DNA from: Bacteroidales bacterium
GTDB taxonomy: Bacteria; Bacteroidota; Bacteroidia; Bacteroidales; VadinHA17
NCBI GenBank assembly: GCA_021163295.1
Contig: JAGGXD010000182.1
Coordinates: 6,316 to 70,315 of the forward strand
Length of the DNA: 64,000 bases
Direction: 5' to 3'
The position numbers were made by a program, and so were the translations under genes. Position 1 is the stretch's first letter, and each line of letters starts with the position of its first letter. The notes beneath the pieces are model-generated. The model saw only the letters and a program-made list of their open reading frames with translations. It made no database searches and had not been told where the DNA came from. Below are positions 26,047 to 36,825 of this stretch, piece by piece.

Positions 26047-27105
26047 TTATTTACTGAAACAGGTTTCTTTGAATTTTCTTTTGACCTTTGCAGGTTTCTT
26101 AATCAAAGAATAGAAATCATCATACATCTGTAAAGTTTTCTCATTTTGTGTTTCATCCAGATATGGGAAATTACGATATAAACTAAAAATTTTATTTTTT
26201 TGGTTAAAATAAAAATCAAGGAATGGGATAAGTTCTTTTTTCTTAAGACAAATTCCCATGTATGATACATCCGTAATATTAGTTTTATCAACAGTGAAGG
26301 CCCCTACTCTGTATGGAGCAGAGACAATACCTGCCCAATCAAAATCATATGGAACAGGAATTGGCAGGCTATTATTTGTGGTCTTAACGAATTTTACATT
26401 ATGCAATAAGGGAACAGACCAATCATTATTCCATATCATGTATTGGAAAAGGGACAATCTTACTAAACTGGTTTCATCCAGATCCTTATATAACATAACA
26501 TCAGCCTTCACTAATTCCCCATCGTTTCTCCGTGCCATTTGTTTGGGCCGTTCAATAAAAAAGCCATAAGACTGAATTGTAGTACCTGATCCTGATGAAT
26601 CTATATACTTAATATCAAGTAATCTGACGTTAAAACTTAAGGGGGAAATAATATTATATGTTTTGTAAAGTAAATATTCTTGCAGAATAAATTGTTTAAA
26701 TTCTGTACTATCTGTTTGACAGTGTGTTACCAGCTTGAGCCATTCTAATCCCCGAAAAAGTCTATCTTCAGAATTATCTGTTAAAAACTTCAGCTTTAAT
26801 GGTGGAAAACTACAATTATCAGGATTCTTTCTGAAATTACCACGCATTTTAACAATAACACGGATATCTGTTGACAACCCATCTGGTTCAAAATATGTAA
26901 GGATTCCTATATGGCCTATAGTGTCGACATTTCTGTTATTCAACAATGAGTCAATATTGAAATTAAGATGTATTTTTAAAATCTCTTGTGATTTAAATAA
27001 ATCATAATCAGGATTTTTTTCCTGGTTATATCCACTAATTGCAAAAGGGAAATAAATACACAGAAAAATAAGTATTTTGCATATTTCAATCTTTATATTT
27101 TTCAT
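26047..27105 (-). CDS. Secreted hypothetical protein, possibly CotH-kinase-like
   Basis: 352 aa with a signal peptide. KMRGNFRKNPDNCSFPPLKLKF and PYDFDWAG loosely resemble CotH-family motifs. The functional call is weak. Confidence 0.35.
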   Translation of the reverse strand: MKNIKIEICKILIFLCIYFPFAISGYNQEKNPDYDLFKSQEILKIHLNFNIDSLLNNRNVDTIGHIGILTYFEPDGLSTDIRVIVKMRGNFRKNPDNCSFPPLKLKFLTDNSEDRLFRGLEWLKLVTHCQTDSTEFKQFILQEYLLYKTYNIISPLSFNVRLLDIKYIDSSGSGTTIQSYGFFIERPKQMARRNDGELVKADVMLYKDLDETSLVRLSLFQYMIWNNDWSVPLLHNVKFVKTTNNSLPIPVPYDFDWAGIVSAPYRVGAFTVDKTNITDVSYMGICLKKKELIPFLDFYFNQKNKIFSLYRNFPYLDETQNEKTLQMYDDFYSLIKKPAKVKRKFKETCFSK

Positions 27106-27496
27106 ATTAAAAGTTCTAATGACAGGAAAATAATTTGTAATCTGTTTGCAAAATTATCAATATAGTCAACATGAATGAAAATATTATAATAAATATAAAC
27201 TGAAGCTAAATAACAGTACTATAAACAGATAATAAATGGGGTTGAATTTTGCTAGTTAGAGAGAAGAAAAAATGAGGTTCACAATCCTGGAAACTAAGCA
27301 TCTTTATTCTTGATGCAATGAAAGTGAATTAAATGAAGATAATAAACCAACAACTAAACCTGAAATTAAGAGAAGAGTAACGGATTAGAACCTCATTTTC
27401 ATTTTCAAAGATAATAAATTATTTATCCATAAAAAAAATCTTTCAGGTTTTTTTTAAATAATTTGATGAATTCTTTATTTCTTTAATTTTTAATTA

Positions 27497-28939
27497 TTGA
27501 ATAAGCAAAAAATGGTTGGCTTTTTATTTCGGAAAAATATATTTTTTCTTATATTACTTATCCTATGCTCACCTGTTATTGCTCAGGAACAGGACAGTAT
27601 AATAAGTACACAAAAGGAAATAAGTATTGATGAGCTAAACAAAAAGCTTCTGGAGGCTGCATACGTGGGAAATGATGATATAGTATTAACACTCTTAGAT
27701 GCGGGAGCTGATCCGAATACTTCAATGTGGAATGGAATTACACCACTTATGTTTGCTGCTGATAATGGATTCCTGAAAACAGCTAAAATCCTTGTTTTAA
27801 ATGGAGCTGATGTGAATAGAAAGCCCGAAAATCAGGTTTCTGCTTTGGTTAGTGCTACATTTAATAATAACATGGACATTGCAGAACTATTAATAAGACA
27901 CGATGCAGATATTAATGCTACGGATAGTTATGGAGTTTCTTCTTTAATTTATGCAGCTGCTTATAATTATTACGGCTTATGCGATATGCTGTTGTATTAT
28001 GGAGGAAATATTGAAATACAGGATGAAAAAGGAACAAATGCTGTAATGGCAGCTACTGTTGTTGGCAATTATGATATAGTAAAATTACTTCTAGATAACC
28101 GGGCTCAGATAAATATAACTGATCATAAGGGGAACACAGCATTAATAATGGCAGCTCAGAATGGTGATACCAGCCTGATTAATCTTCTTCTGAATCATCA
28201 CGCTGAACCGGATTATGTAAATAAGTATGGTTTATCTGCATTACATGTTGCTGTAAAAAACGGTCATTTGGAGGCAGTCAGGATATTAGTGAACTATGGT
28301 GCAGAGATTTTTCCACAAACTAACACAGGATATACACCATATGCACTTGCCAAAAAGTCCGGTAACAGGGAAATGAAAAAATATTTATCGTCTCTGAAAG
28401 TAAAGAAAAAATTAAGTCCAACCATCGACAGGATATTTCTTTCTCCCTGCTTTAAACTAAATACAGGTGATTTGTTTTTCGGAAGTGAGATAGGTATTGT
28501 TGATGAAAATCTGGAAATCGGTTTGCAATTTGGCTATTTTTCCCGAACTTTTCCAAAACGAATTTTTATTAAATCAGACGAAAAAAAATCTTTTCAGTTT
28601 TGGGAGAGCAGAACGAACCTTGGACTTGGAATAAATAAATACCTGCATCTTTCAAATCTTGCTTCAGGGGGATCTGTTGATTTTTTTGCATTGGGAAAAT
28701 TTATTTACTCATATGGCGGAAAATATCCGGGATCAGACCAAAAGGCAAAGTCTGTTAAAAAAATCGTTCCGGGTTTTGGTATTTGCTGGGGTCAGGAGTT
28801 AGTTAAATTTAGTGTTGGATATGAGTACTTTAATGATGGTATTGAACCAATAAACCCGCATTGGATTAACCTTGGTGTTTCTGTTAATCTTAATTTGCAT
28901 AAGAAAGAACTTAGGGATAAAGTAATTGAATGGTATTGA
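27497..28939 (+). CDS. Signal-peptide ankyrin-repeat protein with C-terminal beta-rich (barrel-like) domain
   Basis: Start is either TTG at 27497 or ATG at 27512. Signal sequence FFLILLILCSPVIAQ. About 7-8 ankyrin repeats (G.TPLMFAA.NG...AKILV..GADVN and similar). The last ~165 aa alternate aromatic/glycine strands and end ..IEWY. Confidence 0.7.
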   Translation: MNKQKMVGFLFRKNIFFLILLILCSPVIAQEQDSIISTQKEISIDELNKKLLEAAYVGNDDIVLTLLDAGADPNTSMWNGITPLMFAADNGFLKTAKILVLNGADVNRKPENQVSALVSATFNNNMDIAELLIRHDADINATDSYGVSSLIYAAAYNYYGLCDMLLYYGGNIEIQDEKGTNAVMAATVVGNYDIVKLLLDNRAQINITDHKGNTALIMAAQNGDTSLINLLLNHHAEPDYVNKYGLSALHVAVKNGHLEAVRILVNYGAEIFPQTNTGYTPYALAKKSGNREMKKYLSSLKVKKKLSPTIDRIFLSPCFKLNTGDLFFGSEIGIVDENLEIGLQFGYFSRTFPKRIFIKSDEKKSFQFWESRTNLGLGINKYLHLSNLASGGSVDFFALGKFIYSYGGKYPGSDQKAKSVKKIVPGFGICWGQELVKFSVGYEYFNDGIEPINPHWINLGVSVNLNLHKKELRDKVIEWY

Positions 28940-29192
28940 TTAATAAATAAAGAGTAAAGTGCGGAGAGCATAGAGCTAAGGTTTTTATAATAGTTTGGCA
29001 TAGACATAACTAATTAGTGCCTGTCTATAAAGTCAGCATAAATTGATTTAAGAACACCGATTAACGATTTATAATTTACGAAGTGGTTGAAAATCTGAAA
29101 TCTACAATCGTTAACCATTATTCGACATTCAAAACACTTCGATTATTTTAATATTATTGACAAACTATAATTGACCAATTAACCAACTGAGT

Positions 29193-29633
29193 ATGAAAAA
29201 GAAAATTTCATTGTTTTTAACGGTTTTGCTTTCGATAATGGTAATTCTAATAATATCTTGTGATAAGAATTATGATTTTTTTGAGGTAGATTGCTCTGAG
29301 TGTTATCGCACCAGGCCTGAAAATGGTGAACTAATAATTAGTGTTACAATAAATGATGAAAACCCTGAGGTTCCAATAGCAATTTACAGGGATAGAATAG
29401 AATCAGGCCGTATAAGGATAAAAGATACTATCACTGAGAAGACAGTCTATATTGAAGTCCCCTTGAACCATTATTATTCTGTTAAAGCGGAATATAAGGT
29501 TGGTGATGATTCTGTTTTTGCTATTGATGGCGAAAGAATTAAAACTCACCGTATTGCCGATCAGTGCGATACTATTTGTTGGATTATCAAGGGTGGTAGA
29601 TATGACCTGAGATTGAAAGGAAACGTACCTTAA
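29193..29633 (+). CDS. Hypothetical lipoprotein
   Basis: 146 aa. Signal peptide with lipobox (VILIISC|DKN). No recognisable domain. Confidence 0.45.
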   Translation: MKKKISLFLTVLLSIMVILIISCDKNYDFFEVDCSECYRTRPENGELIISVTINDENPEVPIAIYRDRIESGRIRIKDTITEKTVYIEVPLNHYYSVKAEYKVGDDSVFAIDGERIKTHRIADQCDTICWIIKGGRYDLRLKGNVP

Positions 29634-29648
29634 TAATTATAAAAGTTT

Positions 29649-29664
29649 AGTGAAAAAATTCACT
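29649..29664. terminator. Short hairpin between convergent genes
   Basis: AGTGAA-AAAA-TTCACT (6 bp). Weak. Confidence 0.25.
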
Positions 29665-29679
29665 TTACGCTGTGATAAT

Positions 29680-31155
29680 TTAATATAATGGTCCAAGTAT
29701 TCTGGCAAGTGATGCAGAAATTCTCTGCTTTAATGGTCGTTTTTTCCATTCGCCCGGGATAACGAAATGGCAATTTTTAAGATCTTTTCGAAAATCATTC
29801 TCCAGGCTTATTGTATGTATTTCGTTGTATATTAAAGCATTAACTTCAAAGTTTAAATCAAAGCTTCGATAATCAACATTAGCAGATCCAATCGAGGAGA
29901 AAACCCCATCAACCATAATTATTTTGGCGTGATTAAACCCTTTTTCATACAGGTAGATCCCGATTCCTGCATCAAGCATCTCCCCTATGTATGAAATTGA
30001 ATTCCAATAGGCAATTGTTGAATCAGAACGTGCAGGTAAAATAATTTTAACATCTACACCACTCAGGGAAGATGTTTTAAGAGCAGTGAGGATACTTGGA
30101 TTAGGAGAAAAATATGGTGTAGAAATAAAAATGTTCTCTTTTGCTGTACTGATAGCTGCAAAATAGGCCTGCATTATGCTTGACCACTCAGAATCCGGAC
30201 CACTTGCTGTAATTTGTACCAGGCATTCTTCAACAACCTTGTGATCCGGGAAATATCTGGGTTGATGACCAATAATTATCTTCGAAACGAAATACCAGTC
30301 GATAAGAAATATCATCTGTAGTGAATGTACGCTTTCCCCTTCAAGTTTTAAATGAGAATCACGCCAGAAACCAATTTTCGGATCTCCGTGAATGTACTTG
30401 TCTGCAATATTAAATCCACCTACAAACCCAATTGTTCCATCTACAACAATAATTTTGCGATGATTTCTAAAATTTGCCTTACTGGTAAGGAAAGGGAAAC
30501 TTACCGGCATAAAAGCATAAGTTTCAATACCTTCTTTTCGGAGTTCCCTTAGATACTTTTTACTTATCTTCCAACTTCCAACATCATCATAAATAATACG
30601 TATCACTACTCCTTCTCTGGCTTTCTTAACAAGAACATCCTTAATCCTGTTACCAATATTATCAGACTCCCATCGATAAAACTCCATATGAATATGGTTT
30701 TTAGCGTTATCGAGAGCTTTGATAATTGAGCTAAAGGTTTCTTCTCCATTAATAAGAATGTCAACTTTATTATATTGAGTAAGCAGTGCTTTGCTGTTAT
30801 TTAATAACAACATCATAATTTTCTTCTTTTCATTGATCTTTTTATTTTCCAGGAATTTTTGATGAGGCAACTCATCGACCTGATCTCTGCTCAAACTGCT
30901 TATCCTTTCAAGGTCAACCAGTTCTTTACGTGAAAAGATTTTCACTTTCCTATAGTTTTGTCCAAAAATCAGATATCCGATAATTCCAAAACCGGGAATA
31001 AGTATAATAAATAAACCCCACGAAATGGTCTTTACAGGGTCACGGTTCTCCAGTATAACCATAAAGACAGTAAATAAGACTGTCCCACCATAAAGAATAG
31101 TGATCACCAGGGCAATGTTACTTAAGAGAACGTCCCAATGAATGGCAGAAATCAT
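29680..31155 (-). CDS. cls: Cardiolipin synthase (PLD superfamily, two HKD motifs)
   Basis: 491 aa with N-terminal TM helices. HKD motifs are HRKIIVVDG and HAKIIMVDG. Confidence 0.85.
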   Translation of the reverse strand: MISAIHWDVLLSNIALVITILYGGTVLFTVFMVILENRDPVKTISWGLFIILIPGFGIIGYLIFGQNYRKVKIFSRKELVDLERISSLSRDQVDELPHQKFLENKKINEKKKIMMLLLNNSKALLTQYNKVDILINGEETFSSIIKALDNAKNHIHMEFYRWESDNIGNRIKDVLVKKAREGVVIRIIYDDVGSWKISKKYLRELRKEGIETYAFMPVSFPFLTSKANFRNHRKIIVVDGTIGFVGGFNIADKYIHGDPKIGFWRDSHLKLEGESVHSLQMIFLIDWYFVSKIIIGHQPRYFPDHKVVEECLVQITASGPDSEWSSIMQAYFAAISTAKENIFISTPYFSPNPSILTALKTSSLSGVDVKIILPARSDSTIAYWNSISYIGEMLDAGIGIYLYEKGFNHAKIIMVDGVFSSIGSANVDYRSFDLNFEVNALIYNEIHTISLENDFRKDLKNCHFVIPGEWKKRPLKQRISASLARILGPLY

Positions 31156-31186
31156 CTCTTTTGGAATTAATAGAAATAATAAAGTT

Positions 31187-31209
31187 AAAAAAAAAGGGAC
31201 CAGGGCCCC
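31187..31209 (-). terminator. Intrinsic terminator after the OMP gene
   Basis: Minus strand GGGGC-CCTG-GTCCC (5 bp including G-U) followed by T9. Confidence 0.55.
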
Positions 31210-31237
31210 AATTTTCTAACTATATTTTATTAAAGAT

Positions 31238-31870
31238 TTAGAAAAATATACCAAGGCTGAAAATGAACTGCGGGTTCCTTGAATCAAACTCAAAATCTTT
31301 TCCTCCAATATTTACACCATCTCCAAGTTTACTGAGGTTGCCTTCGTACCGTACATCAAGAGAAATTTTATTAAGAATATCGAGGCCAACACCTGCCTGG
31401 TATCCAAATGATGCTCCCTTTAGATTTTCTTCATAACCTGCTGTATCAATAAGATCAGCCTTACTGGAAATTATTATGCTGGCAACAGGACCGGCATTAA
31501 TACGTGCCGGACCAAATTTGAAACCAACAAGTACCGGTATATCCAGTTTCTTGAATTCCATTGTTTTAATACTGGAAACATCTTGAATTATATTGGTAAC
31601 TTTCACCTCACCACCGGTAGATGAAAAGTATAATTCGGGCTGAATAAAAACCCCAAAGAAAGTTACGCGTGTCATTAGACCTGCATGGAATCCCATACTG
31701 GCAGTCTTTATTCCTTCCAGAGAATATTCTTCAACTCCCTGTGTCACAGTAATAAGGTCGTCAATTTTTATAGTTGATGAATTAATGCCGCCCTTTACAC
31801 CGAATTTAATCTGAGCATTTGCAGAAGCAAAAAGGGATATTGCGATTAGTAATAAAAATACTTTTTTCAT
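31238..31870 (-). CDS. Outer-membrane beta-barrel protein (porin/OmpW-like small barrel)
   Basis: 210 aa. Signal peptide (..SLFASANAQ), alternating beta-strand pattern, and a C-terminal ..FIFSLGIFF aromatic terminus. Confidence 0.65.
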   Translation of the reverse strand: MKKVFLLLIAISLFASANAQIKFGVKGGINSSTIKIDDLITVTQGVEEYSLEGIKTASMGFHAGLMTRVTFFGVFIQPELYFSSTGGEVKVTNIIQDVSSIKTMEFKKLDIPVLVGFKFGPARINAGPVASIIISSKADLIDTAGYEENLKGASFGYQAGVGLDILNKISLDVRYEGNLSKLGDGVNIGGKDFEFDSRNPQFIFSLGIFF

Positions 31871-32025
31871 ATCTGTTTTGTTTATTTATTATAAGCATCA
31901 TAAAGAAAATGAATTTATCATTATGTAAACGATAATCGAAGTTATTTATTTTTGAATAGAACACAGATGACACGGATTTAACGAATTTTCATTGATATTT
32001 TATCGATATTTGTATCTTCACAATA

Positions 32026-33306
32026 GTGATAACAATAATCCTGAACATGTTATTAATACTAATAATATTATTGCTTACAGACCTGTTTTTTTATAAAGGG
32101 ATAAGGCATTTAGTGAATTGCAGGTTAACGAAAAAGAAGAAAAAGCTTCTATCCTTGCTATTCTGGGCTCATAGTATCGGGTTTTTAACTGGTACTTTAT
32201 TAGTATCCAGATGGGTGCATAATGATTATGATCCGGCAGTACAACGAAAAATATATTGTTTTGTTGGTTTGTTTCTTGCATTTTATATACCTAAATTACT
32301 TTTTATTCCCTTTAATTTTTCTGAAGACATTATTCGTTATGGTTCTATGTTGGTTATCCGGATTGTTAGAAAAAGAAAAACCGAAGAAGTGAATAATAAT
32401 CTAAAAATTACACGATTAACATTTCTTACAAAAACAGGATTAATTTTTTCAGCAATTCCATTTGTGTCCTTAATTTATGGAATGACTTCAGTAAGATTCA
32501 ATTTCCGGATAAAAAAAATCAATCTTCAATTTAACAATCTTCCTGATGAGTTCTCAGGACTAAGTATTGTGCATATATCAGATTTACATATCGGAAGTTT
32601 ATACGGACACCATAAAGAAATTAGTGAAGCTGTAAAAATGATAAATTCCCTTTCTCCTGATATTATTTGCTTTACAGGAGATATTGTTAATGATTTTGCC
32701 AATGAATTGGATGGTTGGTTTGAAATACTTGGTAAAATGGAAGCCCGGATAGGCAAGTATTCAATTTTAGGTAATCATGACTATGGTGATTATCATTATT
32801 GGAGTTCTGATGAAAAGAAAAAGAAAAACCTGGAAAAAATAAAGCAGGCTCATCACCGGTTGGGTTTCAAATTGTTATTAAACAAATCAATTACCCTTAC
32901 AAGACAGAATAATTCAATTGCAATTATTGGTGTGGAAAACTGGGGGAAACCTCCTTTTGCCCAGTATGGTGACCTTGATGCTGCATGCAAAGGTTTAGAA
33001 AAATACCCATTTAAGATATTGCTTACTCACGATCCAAGTCATTGGGATGCCGAAGTGCTAAATAAGAAAGACATCCCTCTTACTCTTTCAGGGCATACAC
33101 ACGGGATGCAATTTGGAGTAAATATTGGAAAAATAAAATGGAGTCCTGTTCAGCTAAAATATCCCAGATGGATTGGTCTTTATACTGAAGGAGAGCAATT
33201 ACTTTATGTAAATCCGGGATTGGGATATATTGGATATCCGGGCAGGGTTGGGATATCGCCTGAAATTACATTTCTTGAACTTAATAAAAAGATTACATAT
33301 TCTTAA
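32026..33306 (+). CDS. Membrane-anchored metallophosphoesterase (YkuE/calcineurin-like)
   Basis: N-terminal TM segments. Motifs [20 protein letters not shown] and SGHTHG. The start codon is uncertain. Confidence 0.75.
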   Translation: MITIILNMLLILIILLLTDLFFYKGIRHLVNCRLTKKKKKLLSLLFWAHSIGFLTGTLLVSRWVHNDYDPAVQRKIYCFVGLFLAFYIPKLLFIPFNFSEDIIRYGSMLVIRIVRKRKTEEVNNNLKITRLTFLTKTGLIFSAIPFVSLIYGMTSVRFNFRIKKINLQFNNLPDEFSGLSIVHISDLHIGSLYGHHKEISEAVKMINSLSPDIICFTGDIVNDFANELDGWFEILGKMEARIGKYSILGNHDYGDYHYWSSDEKKKKNLEKIKQAHHRLGFKLLLNKSITLTRQNNSIAIIGVENWGKPPFAQYGDLDAACKGLEKYPFKILLTHDPSHWDAEVLNKKDIPLTLSGHTHGMQFGVNIGKIKWSPVQLKYPRWIGLYTEGEQLLYVNPGLGYIGYPGRVGISPEITFLELNKKITYS

Positions 33307-34558
33307 TAATTTCAGTTCCAAATTCTGAGCACTTAAGTTTTGTAGCACCTTCCATTAGTCTTTCAAAATCATAAGTCACTCTTTTGCTGATAATAGATTT
33401 TTCTATGCCGGAAATTATCAGGTCGGCAGGTTCATCCCATCCCATATACTGAAACATTAAAACGCCTGAAACTATCAATGAACCGGGGTTAACCTTATCT
33501 AATCCGGCATATTTTGGAGCGGTACCATGTGTTGCTTCAAAAATAGCATGACCTGTTTGATAATTAATATTAGCACCGGGAGCAATACCTATTCCTCCAA
33601 CACTGGCAGCAAGAGCATCTGATATATAATCACCATTCAGGTTTAAAGTGGCAATAACCGAATATTCGGCAGGTCTGGTAAGTATCTGTTGCAAAAATGC
33701 ATCAGCGATAACATCTTTGATCAACACTTTTCCTTCATCATTAGCTTTCGATTGAGCTTTGTTTGCAGCATCAACACCATCTTTCTCTTTAATCCTGTCA
33801 TATTCCTGCCATGTAAAAACCTGATCAGAAAATTCGCGTTCGGCAAGATCGTATCCCCATTGTTTGAATTGTCCTTCAGTGAACTTCATTATGTTTCCCT
33901 TATGAACAATAGTAACTGATGGAAGTTTATGATCAATAGTATACCTGATTGCATCCCGAACAAGACGCTCCGTTCCTTCACGAGAAACCGGCTTAATACC
34001 AATTGATGTAGTTTCCGGGAAACGAATTTTTGTTACACCTAACTCGGTTTGCATAAAATCAATAATCTTTTTTGCTTCAGAGGTACCTGTCATCCACTCA
34101 ATCCCTGCATATATATCTTCAGAGTTTTCCCTGAATATAACCATGTTTGTCAGTTCAGGCCTTTTTACCGGAGAAGGAACTCCCTTGAAATATCTTACAG
34201 GGCGTAAACAAACATAAAGATCTAACTTCTGCCTTAAAGCGACATTTAATGACCGGATCCCTCCTCCTATAGGTGTAGTTAGAGGACCCTTAATAGCTAC
34301 AATATATTCCCTGATAACATCAAGGGTTTGCCGGGGCAACCACTCTCCATTTTTCTTATAAGACTTCTCACCTGCAAAAACCTCTTTCCAGGCAATCTTT
34401 CGTTTTCCATTATATGCTTTTTCAACTGCTGCATCAAATACCCGGACCGCCGCGGCCCAGATATCAGGTCCGGTACCATCCCCTTCGATAAATGGTATAA
34501 TTGGGTTATCTGGCACTTTTAATCCATCTTGTACTTTAGTTATTTTCTCAGGTTTCAT
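33293..34558 (-). CDS. icd: NADP-dependent isocitrate dehydrogenase
   Basis: 421 aa with strong resemblance to prokaryotic homodimeric IDH ([47 protein letters not shown]). Confidence 0.9.
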   Translation of the reverse strand: MKPEKITKVQDGLKVPDNPIIPFIEGDGTGPDIWAAAVRVFDAAVEKAYNGKRKIAWKEVFAGEKSYKKNGEWLPRQTLDVIREYIVAIKGPLTTPIGGGIRSLNVALRQKLDLYVCLRPVRYFKGVPSPVKRPELTNMVIFRENSEDIYAGIEWMTGTSEAKKIIDFMQTELGVTKIRFPETTSIGIKPVSREGTERLVRDAIRYTIDHKLPSVTIVHKGNIMKFTEGQFKQWGYDLAEREFSDQVFTWQEYDRIKEKDGVDAANKAQSKANDEGKVLIKDVIADAFLQQILTRPAEYSVIATLNLNGDYISDALAASVGGIGIAPGANINYQTGHAIFEATHGTAPKYAGLDKVNPGSLIVSGVLMFQYMGWDEPADLIISGIEKSIISKRVTYDFERLMEGATKLKCSEFGTEIIKNM

Positions 34559-34819
34559 TTTATAATAATTTATGATTAAAAAATATTTAATATTCCTTTC
34601 TTTTTTACTAACGTTTTAAAGATTCTAAAAATAACATAATTAGTTTGTTTTTCAAGTATTTCCACTTAAACAAATTAATAATTCTTATAATCATTCCCCT
34701 TTGACACAAATAGGAAGAGACCTGAATATCAATATATTGCCTTTAGAGCTAGCGTTTATCAGAATATTTTCTGTTTTTGAACATAAAAAAATACACTGGT
34801 CTTCCGAGCTAACAGAGAG

Positions 34820-36496
34820 TTATTCGAAATCGAGGTTTAGTCTTTGTTTTAATTTATTAATATTAGGATTTTTTTCAGAGAGGTATTTATATTTATCTTC
34901 ATCAGTATAAAGAGATTTTTCCTTGTTTGTTTCCGGGACAAAAGTGACTATCTTAAGATTATCATTTTTTAATTCATGCCTGAGGAAATTTGCAAGATCT
35001 GTCTTAATCATATGATTGAAGTCATCCTCCTGAACTTTATTGCTCATTTCAATCTCTATCGAAAAATCATCTTTAATTACCGGGTTGCTTGCTTTTAAAG
35101 TTGTTGCCATTCTTGGTTTCTCCTTATGCATCATTTCTGCAAACCGCAGCCATTTCTCCATTAATTCCTCTTTGGAAAAGTTTTCAATTTGTTTTTCTTT
35201 CCTTGTTTTCTCAGCTAAGCTCTGGCCCTGGTCTGCATCTTGTGGTTCAATGGCAGACGTTACTTTACCATTAATTATTCTACCAATAGATGGGGTCGAT
35301 GGTTCATATTTTGTTTTGCCATTCCTGACAAGTTCTGGTGAGTTAGATGATGGTTTCTCTTCTTTCTTATTTATCTTTTTTTTTTCTTCGGTTTCATTTG
35401 CTGGCATTGTAAGCATGCATAACTTTACCAGTGTAAGCTCCACATGAAGTCGCTGGTTCTTACTGCTTTTAAAATTAATGTCCGCAAAACTACAAATATC
35501 CAATGCTTTATATAGAAAATCAATAGAACAATTCACTGTTTGCTTTAAATACTGATCTCTCACTGAAGCTCCAATCTCAAGCAAAGGCAGAGTCACCTCA
35601 TCTTTACATACCAGAAGATCTCTGAAATGATTGCTTAATCCATTAATAAAATTGTGTCCATCAAATCCTTTACTAAGGATTTCGTTAAAAATCATGAGAC
35701 TTGAGGAAATATCATGCTGAATAAAATTTTGTGTTAATCTGAAATAGTAGTCGTAATCAAGAACATTTAGATTTTCAAGTACTGTTTTATGCAGTATGTC
35801 TTTACCGGAAAAACTCACCATCTGATCAAAAATTGAGAGAGCATCCCTCATGGCACCATCAGCTTTTTGAGCTATGATGTTTAGTGATTCAGGTTCGATA
35901 TTTACATTCTCAAGTTTTGCAACGTATGCCAGATGTGCAACAATATCTTCACTTTTTATCCGGTTAAAGTCAAATATCTGGCATCGGGAAAGAATTGTGG
36001 GAAGAATTTTATGCTTTTCTGTTGTAGCTAAAATAAAAATAGCATGTGCCGGAGGTTCTTCAAGAGTCTTCAGAAAAGCATTAAACGCAGATGCAGACAA
36101 CATATGAACCTCGTCAATTATATATGTGGAATACTTTCCAATCTGAGGAGGAACCCTTACCTGGTCAATCAAGTTACGTATATCATCTACCGAGTTGTTT
36201 GAGGCGGCGTCAAGCTCATGTATATTATATGAACGGGATTCATTAAAAGATTTGCATGACTCACATTCATTACAAGCTTCAATATTATTGCCTGGATTTT
36301 CACAATTGATGGTTTTTGCAAATATCCTGGCACAGGTTGTTTTCCCAATACCCCTTGGTCCGCAAAATAAATATGCATGCGCAATTTGCTTTTTTCTTAT
36401 CGCATTTCTTAAAGTATTGGTAATTGAAGTCTGCCCAATAACCGCATCAAAATTTTGCGGTCGGTATTTACGGGCTGAAACAATAAAATTCTCCAT
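34820..36496 (-). CDS. dnaX: DNA polymerase III subunit tau/gamma
   Basis: 558 aa. RKYRPQNFDAVIGQ, GPRGIGKTTCARIFAK, the Zn module C..C..C..C, and IIDEVHMLS. Confidence 0.9.
   Translation of the reverse strand: MENFIVSARKYRPQNFDAVIGQTSITNTLRNAIRKKQIAHAYLFCGPRGIGKTTCARIFAKTINCENPGNNIEACNECESCKSFNESRSYNIHELDAASNNSVDDIRNLIDQVRVPPQIGKYSTYIIDEVHMLSASAFNAFLKTLEEPPAHAIFILATTEKHKILPTILSRCQIFDFNRIKSEDIVAHLAYVAKLENVNIEPESLNIIAQKADGAMRDALSIFDQMVSFSGKDILHKTVLENLNVLDYDYYFRLTQNFIQHDISSSLMIFNEILSKGFDGHNFINGLSNHFRDLLVCKDEVTLPLLEIGASVRDQYLKQTVNCSIDFLYKALDICSFADINFKSSKNQRLHVELTLVKLCMLTMPANETEEKKKINKKEEKPSSNSPELVRNGKTKYEPSTPSIGRIINGKVTSAIEPQDADQGQSLAEKTRKEKQIENFSKEELMEKWLRFAEMMHKEKPRMATTLKASNPVIKDDFSIEIEMSNKVQEDDFNHMIKTDLANFLRHELKNDNLKIVTFVPETNKEKSLYTDEDKYKYLSEKNPNINKLKQRLNLDFE
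35367..35385 (-). other. A10 slippery run in dnaX with stop codons in both alternative frames (candidate gamma-subunit recoding site)
   Basis: Minus strand GAA GAA AAA AAA AAG ATA AAT AAG, with A10 at 35385-35376. The -1 frame reads GAT AAA TAA (stop 35369-35367). The +1 frame reads TAA immediately (35373-35371). The site is at codons ~371-374 of 558. Confidence 0.6.
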
Positions 36497-36794
36497 ATAA
36501 AATTGGTATAATTAGCTAATAATTAGCTGTCTGGACCAGATGCTATGAAATGCCCCACTGCATTTACAAAGATAAAAGAGTTTAAATAAACTTAAGGTGA
36601 ATTTGTAATTATTTTTCAACCAATAAAATCCAGTTAAAATTTCTCCTCTTTACAAATCTCATTGTTTATTCATTTTAGTATTTTATACTTAAGGCATTGA
36701 ATAGTTATTAAGTTCAATTAGTAAATGCGACTTTTTGGAGTAGGATAAGCAGAGAGTTAGTCCACAAATTCAAAAAGTTATTCTGAAATATTGT

Positions 36795-36825
36795 TTTGCT
36801 TTCAATAAAAAATATATTATTTTTG
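36795..36825 (+). promoter_or_regulatory. Bacteroidota-type promoter of the rpsF-rpsR-rplI operon
   Basis: TTTG (36795-36798), 19-nt spacer, then TATTTTTG (36818-36825; TAnnTTTG), 41 nt before the ATG. Confidence 0.5.
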
